Program-made: the position numbers and the translations under genes
Shown: positions 26,641 through 38,617 of the stretch, one piece after another
How the letters are laid out: every line of letters begins with the position of its first letter
How positions within the stretch are numbered: position 1 is the stretch's first letter
The notes under the pieces: model-generated
Seen by the model: only the letters and a program-made list of their open reading frames with translations
Told to the model about the DNA's origin: nothing
The model's database searches: none
NCBI GenBank assembly: GCA_030704615.1
Contig: CM060733.1
Location: 6,820,001-6,884,000, forward strand
DNA from: Takakia lepidozioides
Lineage: Eukaryota; Plantae; Bryophyta
Direction: 5' to 3'
DNA: 64,000 nt

Positions 26641-27059
26641 GATAGAACAACACAACATGGTCAATGTCTTGTCACATCTCCACGTGCGAGGTGTTCGCCA
26701 AGAACAAAGACAATGAGAATTGAAAGTAACTGTAACCTGTTAGACAAAAGCTCACCTTCAACATCAATATAGCGCCACAGCTCCATATACACTGTGACAT
26801 GCTGTGATACAAAAATCAGATATTCATTGCAGTGATTACTTTGTAACAAAAGATCACATTTTTTGGAAAGATTTTAGCCAATTATATGTACATACATAGA
26901 TGATTTCAGAGTATGTGACATCAGTACACTACACTAGTTTCGTGGCTACAAGTTGTGTTCAACCAAAGTAGCTGTAAACATTAAACAAAGAGTCATGACC
27001 TAGATTTCAGTTAATGCGTTGATTCATTCCAAGATGCAACTGTAGCTCTCTCCCGCAAA

Positions 27060-27960
27060 TATGCTCTTGAAACCTCATTTTCTTCGAGTAGTTCATTGTC
27101 GTTATCACATGGATCTACAGACTACATGACCAGCCTCAAGAACCTGACCATTTACAACAAGTTGTCCTCCTCTTCACTGCATCACATTCCTATTCTCTTG
27201 TTCAATCATGACTTGGATTATAACTTCAATATCCATATATTGACCGTCAAGCAAAAGATTGTGCAAGATGCAACACGCCACCACCACAAATTTTGGGACA
27301 AATGTCACATCAAGAGAGCTTATGTAGAGTAGCCCTTGAATGTTTTTTTCAGCACTCCTTGAAGGCATGCTCTACCACGGACCTACCACTACAGTGACGC
27401 ATGTTGTAAAGGTTTTCCAGTACTGTGCATACGTGGCGGCCCATCTCGAACATGTGTCACATGTGAGCCAAGACAACAAATGATATCATTTTTCAACGAG
27501 CAAGTAGGGTGAGAAAATCCCTCTTCTCCTTGCTGCCGGTTGAACAAGCCTTTGTCTTGTGCCATTTGGTACAAGGCAAATTGTCTTAGCACACGGCAAT
27601 CATTTACAGATCCAGGCATGCTAACAAAAACATCAATGAATCTGCGTCTGTAATCCACCACTACTTGCATCTACATAGAATGGACCTTTTGTTTGTTGAA
27701 ATAGTCTATTGCATGAAGCCCACAAGGTAATTTTTGGATGGTGACATGAGAACCATCCATGGCACCCACCACTGCAGGCAACCCACAATAATCACAAAAC
27801 CCTTCTATGGCGCTTGTCTTGAGCTCTTCTCCAAAAGGCCCTTGCATAAGAAAAAGCTCTGAGCATAGGAGATAGGTGGCACCATGTGCTAGTTTGTAAA
27901 GCGCACATGCTACTCTGACTTCCACTGGAACTGCTGGGCGCCAATGCTGCGTATTCTGCT
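27060..27960 (-). pseudogene. PIF/Harbinger DDE transposase (DDE_Tnp_4 / HARBI1-like) remnant
   Basis: VACALYKLAHG, GLPAVVGAMDGSHV, DYFNKQKVHSM*MQVVVD, MPGSVNDCRVL, VVACCILHN; terminus-like AGTGTGAACACCC at ~28220. Confidence 0.9.
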
Positions 27961-29150
27961 TTTCAATGGATACTCATAGATAGGGCCGAAAAAACATCTG
28001 TGTTTTGAAGAGGGCGAGCGCGAACAAAAGCAGAAAAGTGGTGACAGAGGAAGATCTTTTAGGACCCATGTCTCATAAATTGCTTGAATAATCCAGCCAC
28101 AACAAGTTGACGAAGAAAACAATCTGTGTGAGCCTCGAGGGACACAACAAACAAGAAAACCGTCGTGCGATGCAAAAGAAGGTGAAAAAGATAAAAATGA
28201 GTAAAGTGGTCCTAACCCTAGTGTGAACACCCAAATGTTGGAGTCCTAAAAAGTTCGCATTAATCTGGAACTTTAGGCCAAAAGCTATGGCCAGTGTGAA
28301 TCACAACTTACATTAGGGCCAAAACAATTGCGATAGCTTCAATTTGTATTAACCCCTACGACGATGCGATCCGAATCGGGTCGCGTCAGTCGTTTGCCAT
28401 GAGATCCAACATTTATGGATGTCAATGGATGGAAGTGATTCCTGAAAGTAAAATGAGGGGTTAGAGAGAAGCACACGTAGGAAAATAAAGCGCCCTAAAA
28501 TAATAAAAGCTTTGCTCCCTAGAATTTCCCAAAGTGCCATGGGTCTCGAAGTCCAGCGTTGACCTGCCCACGTGGCAGGCCAAATGAGCAATCTTGAAAA
28601 CAACATCTAGGGCTCAAAATTTATCAAAATGCCAAATTTTTTGGACAAGGCACTATGTAATCTTAGTGTGCACTTACTTACCAAAAGAATTAAAAAACAA
28701 ATATCACCTCATGGGTGTACTTGGATAAGAAGCCAAACCATGACTTTATACCCCCAAATTTCACATAGAAAGCAGCATCCTATCTCAGTTTTTGGAATTT
28801 TGGTATGCTTTGTGGGGGAGAGAGTCCCTTGGGTGCCATATAATCAGATTATGGAGGGCATCTGCCTCAGAAATTTCAACTCGACACTTGAGTTTAGTGG
28901 TCAAACCATTTGTGCCATGTAATCTTAAATTGGGACAGATTATTTTGTTATAATCTCCCAAATGCAATGGTCAAATTGCCTACATTTTGACAGGACGTGG
29001 ATGTAGTAGATATGCATATAAGTATAATGTTCATCCCCATGGATGATTAGGGGTAAAAAGTTACACCCTTATCCATGAGGGTATGCACTATATTTAGAGG
29101 GCCCATCAAAATAGTGCTCGCCGTTTAAGGGTTAACTACTGTAAAAAATA

Positions 29151-29405
29151 GCTCATCGGGTGGTAGCTCAGTTGGTAAGTGCACAGTGTGTCGCGCTGGT
29201 GGTGTAGGGTTCAAACCCGCTGCCCTGCCCCGTGTGCAGGACTGTTCGTGACGGTATGTCCGGGCGTTGGTCGTCCTGTAGGCCTCATGGCCCATAAATG
29301 AAAGGGGGTTAATTTTTCCCCCTCCTCAAGGGCCTGAATTGTGGGCTGCCGCTCCCAGGTTTCCTTTAATAAAAATAAAATAAAAATAATAATAATAATA
29401 ATAAA
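29151..29405 (+). mobile_element. Full-length tRNA-derived SINE
   Basis: A box TAGCTCAGTTGG (29164), B box GGTTCAAACC (29208), body, GAAAGGGGGTTAATTTTTCCCC motif, (A)n/(TAA)n tail. Confidence 0.85.
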
Positions 29406-29621
29406 TGGGCATTTCTGTACGCAGGGAAGGCCCCTCGTGTGGGGCCCCTCTCAGGTCGAAAGGGGGTTAATTTTTCCCCCTCCTCAAGGGCCTGAATTGT
29501 GGGCTGCCGCTCCCAGGTTTCCTTTAATAAAAATAAAATAAAAATAAAAATAAAAATAAAATAATAAATGGGCATTTCTGTACGCAGGGAAGGCCCCTCG
29601 TGTGGGGCCCCTCTCAGGTCG
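29301..29621 (+). repeat. Near-perfect tandem duplication (~160 bp x2) of the SINE 3' half plus flanking DNA
   Basis: 29301-29458 vs 29459-29621 are identical except for tail length. Confidence 0.9.
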
Positions 29622-29629
29622 GGCAAGTG

Positions 29630-30965
29630 CAGTGTTGTTCTGGTATCAGGGTTAGGACCAGTATTGGGCGGTTCTTGCATTTGTGAAGGAACCTTCGGTT
29701 CCGGTTCCAAAATTATTTCAAGAGACGGTTCCGGATCTGGTTCCGGTTTTTTTTATTGAGCCGGTTCCGGTCCGGTTCCGGATCCAACTTTTAAACATGG
29801 GGGCGGTTCCGGTTACCGATTAGTTGCTGATAAAAACCATCGGTTCCGGTTAGGTTCCGGTTCTATTTTAAAAATATATTTGTTTAATTTAATTAGATTT
29901 AAAATATTTTATCAGTCCGGTAGATTAAATAGCAATGTATTCACATATTTGAACTAAAATCCAAAGATTTTGTTAGTTTTCACTAACACAAAAAAACAAA
30001 CAAAAATACTCTAAATAAACTGGTAGAAGAAAATGGGTAAAATTTTATGGGTTGAAAGTACTATTCAGCTACCTGGCAAGTATTGGCATCTTCAAACATT
30101 TTATTAATGAACTTAGCCAGGATATCATGGAGCTGGAGATTGAACCCAAGATCTCATGGCGCTGAAGCATTGAACATAGAATCTCATGGCCTTCAAGCAT
30201 TGAACCCAGGATCTCAGGAGCTTAAGAGCATTAAATAAGTTTTTCCCTGGGCCCACCAGCCCCACCAAGGGGTCAAGAACCAAGAACCGGAACCGCTTTG
30301 GAGCTGGAACCGCCGGTTCCCACACATGTTGTGGTAGCTGGAACCGCCGGTTCCGGTTCCCACACAATCCCCAATGAGCGGTTCCGGTCCCGGTTCTGCG
30401 CAGGCGGGTCCGGTTCCACATAACCGGAACCCAAACCGGCGGTTACCCGGGGCCAGGCGGTAACCGCCCAACACTGGTTAGGACATACCAGACTGGTCCT
30501 GGTACCAGACGTATCACAAAAAAATTATACCAGTCTGGTCTATATAATGGTGGATGTATAATTCTCTACATACTGGTATGAGTATGAGTATCATGACTAC
30601 AATACCAGCTGGTACGAGATATCAATTCTGGTATCATTCCAAAGCCATCTTGAATTACAAGTTGAATTACAAGTTTATCACTAGCATGTATCAAGTGAAA
30701 ACAAATACAATATAAATAAATAAATAAATATACATGAATACAAGTATGTAGGCATATATACACATAAACTAATATAGTATCATACCAGAGTAAATGAGGA
30801 AGACGGCGGGGTATTGTGGCTGGTATGAAAAAACTGATACCAGCCTTGGTCTGGTATATGACCAAGTTTTCTCCCAAATGATACCAGACTTGGTCTAGTA
30901 TCTGATACCAGTGCATATACTAGTACTTTATACCAGTCCTTCACCTATATACCAGACCAACACTG
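29630..30965. mobile_element. hAT MITE family A, interrupted by a nested hAT MITE
   Basis: CAGTGTTGTTCTGGTAT / ATACCAGACCAACACTG; 8-bp TSD GGCAAGTG at 29622-29629 and 30966-30973; body aligns with 3803-4307. Confidence 0.9.
29659..30476. mobile_element. Nested hAT MITE family B with CCGGTT/GAACCG subterminal repeats
   Basis: CAGTATTGGGCGGTT / AACCGCCCAACACTG; 8-bp TSD GTTAGGAC at 29651-29658 and 30477-30484. Confidence 0.92.
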
Positions 30966-31159
30966 GGCAAGTGCCCTCTGCGTCATGCCCTCAAATCCAG
31001 GAATGCCCTCACTCACGCCCTCACTCACGGGAAGATTGCGCGCCCACGTACTCATCTTGACTCCAAGGGATCGAAATGAAGAACCCTCTGCCCGTGCGTT
31101 GACAAAAGAGTCCCGGGGACGAGCCTAGTCATTTTCCGTTTGCGTGTGTAAACATAACA

Positions 31160-32475
31160 CTGGTCTCGCATTCTTCACCGCTCACTGATCAGTGGTGTAG
31201 GGAGAGAGATCGGACTAGATCTACATACAAGCTTTGGCTTGGAAGAGATTTGCAGCACCTAGACAAATTAACTGTGTAGGATCCCAGGGAGCAGCTGGCT
31301 CAATGGCCGCCCACGAGGGTCATAAGCATCATCGTGTTGAATCTAACCTTCCAAAAGTGCTGATGCTGCAACTACTGGTGATAACTGGTAGCATGCAGGT
31401 CCTCTTTGTCTCTTGTGCAAGCACACTCTCTCGCCATCTTCTGCACAGAGGTACATAGCGTGCACCTGAACCTCTTCTCATTTCCCTCCTGACGACAAAG
31501 GTTACCACTTCGGACTGCATGCTACCGAAACGACAATCTCATGAAAGTGACCTCGGTATAAATTACTAGTACTACGACATTTCAGTCTTGTAGATGCGTA
31601 TCCTGAGGAGCAGCGTCACTGGGGTTGGAACAATTCCACTGCTTATATCACAGCTTGAAGTTGCACATGATTTCAACAAATAAGAATTCATGTAATACAT
31701 GCATAAATTTCTGTAGTCCAGGGAATGCTGTAGCAAGAACTGATCTCCTCCATAGACGTAGTGTTCAGGGTCGCAGTTGTGTCTCCTGCAGGTCTGGCAT
31801 CATCCAATGGGGAGCATGAGTTGGTTTTCCCCAACGGGACACCGAACACCGCATTGCACGATTTGCAGGTATGGGCAATCTATTCTAGATATCGTCTCTT
31901 CCATGGTGCTGTGTCCAAATGTTATTTATCGACGTGCATATATTCCTAGGGCGCTCCAGGCGCAGCCTCGGGTGAATTCAAGCTCGCGTTTCTTGAAGAA
32001 ATAGAGCTCCCCTCCCCTAGCGAGAGTTAGCCTATCTGTCTCCCCCAACTAGTACGTAATTTGGAAAGCATCCATACGAATCTAGTAATTAGCTCTCGAT
32101 GTCTAAGTTAAAAATTTCGGGTGAAATTTTTACAATCTGCAAATCTACGTCCAGCTTCCAGTTTCCACGTTACTGCGCCAGACAATGGAGATCGAAGCGT
32201 ATCAACCTAATCAAAACTGCAGCACCTACTTCTTGAATGTAACGCAAGTTTGTGTTTGATTGCAGGAGCTCAAAAAAGTTCACTCAAACTCTCGTCGCCT
32301 CCAGGCACCACCAGTACCGATTGGTTCAGTGCCGAGCACAAATACATGCGCCTGGGGGACATGCAGGGCGCCAAAGACGTGCTGCAAGTAGGTTAAATCA
32401 GTTCGTTGTATGTGTGAAGGAACAGGCCTTTGTAGTCCGTCTGACCCACAAATAGTAGTACAATGGGTTATATAA
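31160..32475. repeat. Segmental duplication copy 1 (gene-like composition, no intact ORF; product unidentified)
   Basis: Collinear and highly similar to 35070-36645. Confidence 0.85.
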
Positions 32476-32495
32476 GAGATAAACCAAGGCTGATC

Positions 32496-32782
32496 CAGTG
32501 TTTTGTTTTTCAAATTTGGAAAAGAACAGGACTGGCTACTGAGTTTTGCAGGAAATAGCCATATTTTCTGCTCATCCACTGAAATTTGGACAGAATCATC
32601 CTTCCTCTGTACTTTCATCCATGGATATAATCCATATTAGGCGAATTCATCCAAGATTTATATATATTTTTGAGAATTTTGGCGATTTCATCCATGAGAA
32701 AATAGGAAATTTACGACAAAATATTCGATTTTGATTTTTGAGGTCGAAAAAGTGCGAAATTTCGCAAGAAATAAAAACACTG
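32496..32782. mobile_element. hAT MITE family C
   Basis: CAGTGTTTT / AAAACACTG termini; 8-bp TSD GGCTGATC / GTCTGATC (1 mismatch). Confidence 0.8.
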
Positions 32783-34452
32783 GTCTGATCAGACATATAG
32801 AACCTTTAGAGAGAAAGCAAGACAAAATTTAGAGATAATCTGAAATGTTATTTAGAGGAATATGAGAATTAATTTGATATGTGAGTCTTTTTTTATGAAG
32901 ATATTCAATCATAGTTATCTATTGTCTACTACATACATAATTATTTTCAAATTTGCTAACCACTAGGCCATTGAATTGTTGGGTTGTAGAGTAATTAGAT
33001 GAATGAAATAATAAATAGATGGATGAAATAACACATACAAGTGAAAGAGGGACTTGAAATTTTTTATTTTTTATAGTTCCTGGTACATTGTAAACTTGCG
33101 GGAGTATAAGTTATAGATAGAGCAAAATAACTCATCATTACCTCTACTTCTATTAATTTATTATGTCATGGGTTGCAAATAACGATGGTGAAAATTCTAA
33201 AGGCAAATTTTGGTCATTTTTACCTCAGGTAAATTTCATAAGGTGTCCCACAAATGGGGCAACCTACCAACTTGGAACTATTTGATTTCATGAATCCTAC
33301 ACAAAGTTATAGGGTTTCAAAGTCGAACCAATCAGAATGCTTGTATACACCAAGAGCCCTATGACCAATCACACTTTTTGGGGGGTTATATCAAATGATT
33401 GTTTGCCAAGTGACAAAAATGGACAGTCTTGGGACCAGCACTGCATGGTTATAGGTACAGACAGAAGCGTTAATGGGGTGTTCGGTCATAGACGCCTGTT
33501 CGGTCATAGGCCAACTTACCCTATATGGAACCCACAACCTTTAGGGAACCAGCATAACCCTCTTACCACCCAACTGCATCCTCCTTATCACATTTCCATT
33601 GTTTATTGGATACATAAGAAAAATAGGGTAATAGGAAGGGTCCGAGTCAGGTCCAGGACTCCCGGCTCTGCGACAGTGCGGCCTCATTCGAGGAGGCCAC
33701 ACAAAATTCAGAGGCACCTTCTCAATTGATAGTCAACAAATAAAGAAAGAAAGGGGAGTCCTATTGCTGGGGGCGTAAAGTTATAGTACTACCCCCAGTA
33801 CTGTGCGGTCCTAGGTCTCTGTTCCGTGCATACCCTATCCTCCATTAAACCTGCGTGAAGCAAGAATCTACCCTCCCAATGTCCCACTAACTTGGAAGCT
33901 AATAACTCTCCCGTCACCCCTAAGTAATTAGGCAGGATGGTCTAAACTGCACGTAAAGCTACTTCGATCACCTGGTAGTACATTGACTGCCCCGACTTCA
34001 AGAAATTTCTGTTGGGTCCGTCTCTCCTCTTGCATAGGGCCCCCACAAGAATATCCAAAAAGGTCGGGGTAGCACAATAAATACCGTGCTCAGTCCGGTC
34101 AGACCTGGGACGCGTCTGTGTGGGGTAAAACAGATCTCACTCTTGACCACGGATCTTTCTCTGAAGTGAGTCGGCGTTTTTTTTTCTTACCGAATTTTCG
34201 CCAAAAAGCTCCCTTTGTTTCCCGGCTCCTACCCAACCAAGGGAAAATGAAGGTCCCTTTAGATATTCTACCGACAATTCAGCTGAATCCCATCTCAATC
34301 CCATACGAGGGTCCACTTAAAAGGATTGAATTGAATATTTGCAAGAAAGTCAATGTGGGCATTGCAGTCTGCCAAGGACCAGTGGGGCAATTTGTGAACT
34401 ACTAAATCATGGTCAGAATGAAAGAATGACAAAGTCATATATGCTGTAGGGT

Positions 34453-34526
34453 CGCTAGAGGGAGGGATTCAACCTCCGACCTGGTGGTTAACAGCCACAC
34501 GCTCTAACCAGCTGAGCTACTCCAGC
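34453..34526 (-). tRNA. trnN-GUU: tRNA-Asn(GTT), probably a pseudogene or variant
   Basis: GCTGGAGTAGCTCAGCTGGTTAGAGCGTGTGGCTGTTAACCACCAGGTCGGAGGTTGAATCCCTCCCTCTAGCG folds as a cloverleaf; T-loop reads TTG instead of TTC; T.C mismatch in the anticodon stem; no nearby T4 terminator. Confidence 0.85.
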
Positions 34527-35069
34527 ATAATTGAAAATGTGGACGACAATGTAACCACGACCTACAAAGCAGTTTCACTTGAGCTTCTATCAACACAAGT
34601 AATCTGTAATGCGAAAGCAGCGTTGTCGTACTGGATGTTTGAGTCTCGAGAACGTGTTCGATTACCAGTCGCCCACTAACCAATTTGGCATCTATCACAT
34701 CACAACTGACGTTGCTTGATATCTAGTTTTGCCGATGGTTGAAAAATTCGCGCGCAAGTTCGGGTGTGTTAGGTTGGACTATCCCAAGTCTCACCTTTAG
34801 TCTAGAAATGCATTGACAGATGAGTCATCAAACTATAGAAGATCTTAGAAAACATTAGGAAAAAGGGGGTAAAGTGGTCTTTGAGGTGGCGGTAGTTGCG
34901 TGTGAGTGACAAAGTGTTTGGCTGGAAGTAAAGGGAGCGTTGAAAGAAGAGTCGCCGGTTGGGACGAGCCCAATCGATGCATCGACTTATAAAGACATTT
35001 TCCCTAAAAAATATGATAGCTTTAGAGGCTCCACGGGCTCTAGTGTTGTTGCTTTGTAAACTTATCACC

Positions 35070-36645
35070 TCTGAGTCTCGCATGCTTCACCGCTCGGTGG
35101 TGTAGAAAGAGAGATACGAACTTTGGCTGGGAAGAGATCAGCAGCACCTAGACAAACTGTGTAGGATCCGAGGGAGGAGCCGGCGACATGGCCGCCCAGA
35201 AGGGTCATAAGCACCATCGCGTTGAATCTATCCTCCCAAAAGTGCTGATGCTCCAACTACTGCTGATAACTGGTAGCCTGCAGGTCTTGCTTGTCTCCGG
35301 TGCAAGCTCACGCTCGCGCCATCTTTTGCACGTTCATTCCAGAGGTACATAGTGTGCACCTGAACCTCTTCTCATTTCCCCGCCTGACGACAAAGGTTAC
35401 CACTGCGGACTGCATGCTACCGAAACACAATCTCATGAAAGTGACCTTGGTATAAACTAGTACTACGACATTTCAGTCTTGTAAATGCGTATCCTGAGAG
35501 CAGCTTCACTGGGGTTGGAACAATTCGACTGCGTATATCACAGCTTGAAGTTGCACATGACCTCAACAAATAAAATTCATGTGATACATGCATAGATTTC
35601 TGTAGTCCAGGGAATGGTGTAGCAAAAAATGATCTCCTCCATAGACTCATCCTTGAAGTCTGCAACTAGTGTTCAGGATCGCAGTTGTGTCTCCTGCAGG
35701 TCTGGCATCATCCAATGGGGAGCATGATTTGGGTTTTTCCAACAGGACACCGAACACCGCATTGCACAATTTGCAGGTATGTACAATCTATTCTAGATAT
35801 CGTTCTCTGCTGTGTCCAAATGTTGTTTAGCTACGTGCATATATTCCTAGGGCTCTCCAGCGGCCTCGGGTGGATGTCAAGCTCGCATTTCTTGAAGAAA
35901 TAGAGCTCCCCTCCCCTGGCGAGTGAGTTAGCCTATCTTGTCTCCCCAAACTAAGACGAGCATCCATACGAATCTAGTAATTAGTCTAAGTTAAAAAATT
36001 TCGGGTGAAATCATATACAATCTGCAAATCTAAGTCCAGCTTCCAGTTTCCACCTTACTGCGCCAGCCATTAATGGAGCGTATCAAACCTACTCAAAACT
36101 GCAGCACCAACTTCTTGAATGTAACGGAAGATTATTTGTGTTCGATTGCAGGAGCTCGAGCACGTTCACGCAAACTCTCGTCGCCTCCGGGCACCACCAG
36201 TACCGATTCCACCCCCGAACCCAGAGCATAAATGCGACATCGGGTCATGCGGGGCGGTGGGGGATCCCTAAATGCCACGGCAACGGCAAGCCCCCGGCCC
36301 TGCCGCCCTGGTATCCGCACCCGCGGCCCCTACTTTGGTGCAGGATAGGGGCCCACTATGCCGGCCGGTACATGCTGGAGAGACTAAAAAGCACGACTGC
36401 ACCCATTCATGGAGTGAAGGTAAGGCCGTGTCTGCCAAGTGCGCCCTCTGTATCAGGGCACGTCAGAAAAAATGACATGTGCACGGTAAATTGATGGGGT
36501 TGCCAGTGGGGGAGGGGAGTGTTGGAGGCGGGAGGTTACCGTTGCAGTGTTGTTTGGTGTACCCCCGGTGGAGATGCTTAGTATAATGTGTGAATGAACA
36601 GGCCCTTATAGTCACCCCCTCTGACCATGGTACAGCGGGTTATAT
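35070..36645. repeat. Segmental duplication copy 2, with ~36208-36578 replaced by a truncated Tourist-like MITE
   Basis: Collinear with 31160-32475; the insert ends CCGGTGGAGATGCT|TA. Confidence 0.8.
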
Positions 36646-38064
36646 AATCTTGAGATGAATTGTTGATGTGTGAACATCTTCAAACAGGTAGCTATGGCGC
36701 ATAAAATTCTATTGTTTGCACTTGAGCAGGCAGTCCAGTGGTTGGGAGTTTCTGCATAATAACCGGGGTGATCCGGAGTTCAACTTTTCAGCCATCCATC
36801 AGCCATCCATCGGGCTCTTCAAGGCCTCTGCTTTGAGCTGTAAGCTCTGTAAATTCACTGGACGTAAAATACTTTAACTTTTACCTCGTGTGTGTACTCT
36901 ACAACTAAGGTAACAGAGCTACAGCCAAGCTGTATTCCTCTTTTTTCCTTGATGTACAGCCTATGGATCTTTCAATGAATTTACAGAGCCTAGTGAGTGT
37001 GGACGTCCCATTTCATCAACACCAACTCCTTTATTATTACCTCCACTATTAGGCCAAGCTAAACCCTAGGGAATAACAAAAAGAAGGTAATGGCAAACCA
37101 AGTCTCATGACAACTCTGTTTGTAGGAATTATATATCAAACGTGTAATTTACAAGGACGATGTAGTGGGAGACAACGCAATTGTTGTTTCTCATATGTCA
37201 AGCTTCCCATGAAGACGCCCCATATTGCAGGATCAAATGCTCTTTGTGAATCTAGTCTGGACACGAGATGTTTGAAGTGATGAAAGCCTCATTTGATGAT
37301 TGGGTTGCAAATTCACACGATCCCTAGAAACCTACACCACTCGGAGATCAATATGAGTGTCAAGAACATCTGTCAAATACGATTCTCAAATTTGTGTGCA
37401 TGGACCCCCTAATTTTAATGATGCAGTTGAAGGTGATTCTCCCCGGTAAGAGATGACAATGGCAAGAGGAACTGTGGCGTGGGTGCTCGATGATCTACTA
37501 GGGGAGAAAATTATTATGGTGATGGAAGAATTGTGAAAATCTTGTATACTAGTAGAGAGGGGTAAAAGAAGTATTCTTCAGTTTCGATACCCCGGTTGCG
37601 CTCGGTGCATCTGGGCATACTATGATAGGGCGGTCTTACCGCTGCAGGTTTACCCACCTACCCGTCTCTATCCGTAAATCGTGGGAGCCCCGAACCGCCC
37701 CAATGCCCATACAAGAGGGAGATAAAGGTGCATACAGGTATTTTGGCAACAAGATTCGATCGTCAGAACTAAGAATGTGTCCAAGACAGATGACGAGTCT
37801 TATCGAGTCTTGAAAATCACTGAGATCAACCCGCTATCACAAATTCAATGTGGAAGTACGAACGAGAAGTTATGTGGATGTAATCTTTGCATCCAACAAT
37901 CTGTACACGTTAAGCAAGGAGCGCAGCTGAGAATACGGTTGGTGCAGCCTAACTACATCACTGCTCAGTGTAACTTGGTGTACACTTGAAAACATCGACC
38001 AATATAAACGAACTAGTATATAACGTGCATCGCTTGTTTTGAAGTATGATGCGCTGAAGGTGTC

Positions 38065-38388
38065 TAATGGCTTGATCTAATTATCCTCAACATGCTCACA
38101 ACCACTAGCATGTCAGGCCTGCCAGAAGGTAAGTCCCTGGTGCAGAGGACAGCCACTTTGAGGAGACGGAGCATCTCGGTCTTCTGCACGTCTGTGGCCT
38201 CTCAGGATCCAGAACACTTCACTAAGATTTCCAGGGAATTTTTCGACATAGGTCCCAACCCAGGGAACAATGTGCATGGAGTAGCCAAAGCTGGCATCAA
38301 CAGGTTTCCTCTCGTCAGAAGCTCTAGTTACACTATTCCGAAGTGTAAATGTCGACTTTATGGGTGATACGAGTTCCGACTCCACACT
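38065..38388 (-). pseudogene. Last exon of a receptor-like kinase (LRR-RLK type), kinase subdomains IX-XI
   Basis: After a TGCAG acceptor: ECGVGTRITHKVDIY/FGIV*LELLT/RKPVDASFGYSMHIVPWV...EMLRLLKVAVLCTRDLPSGRPDMLVVVSML; frameshifts and a stop. Confidence 0.85.
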
Positions 38389-38617
38389 CTGCAGATAGAT
38401 CACAAAGGAAAACCTTAGTGATTGAGTCACTTGAGACACCCCAAATATGTCCAGATGACTTTATACTAATTACGGTGGTACAAAATGGCATATTTCATAC
38501 ATTGTTCGGCATCCCCACGATGCATTCATGATTCAACATTCTAATTTAATGTACTATAAGTTTTCACATAAATATTGTGGAGCCCTGTTTCTTACCTGGG
38601 GGTGTCACTCTTCATAT

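Larger units (their letters stand above)
20297..29131 (+). mobile_element. Putative degenerate piggyBac-like element carrying nested insertions
   Basis: TTAA|CCCTTAAACGcccagcgccatagtttga at the left and tcaaaatagtgctcgcCGTTTAAGGG|TTAA at the right; weak transposase-like fragment (EGPING...YNALDFFEF) at ~23430-23515. Confidence 0.5.

Noticed and set aside
33640-34100. LINE ORF2 3' remnant
   Set aside because: Composition is suggestive but I could not identify a diagnostic motif
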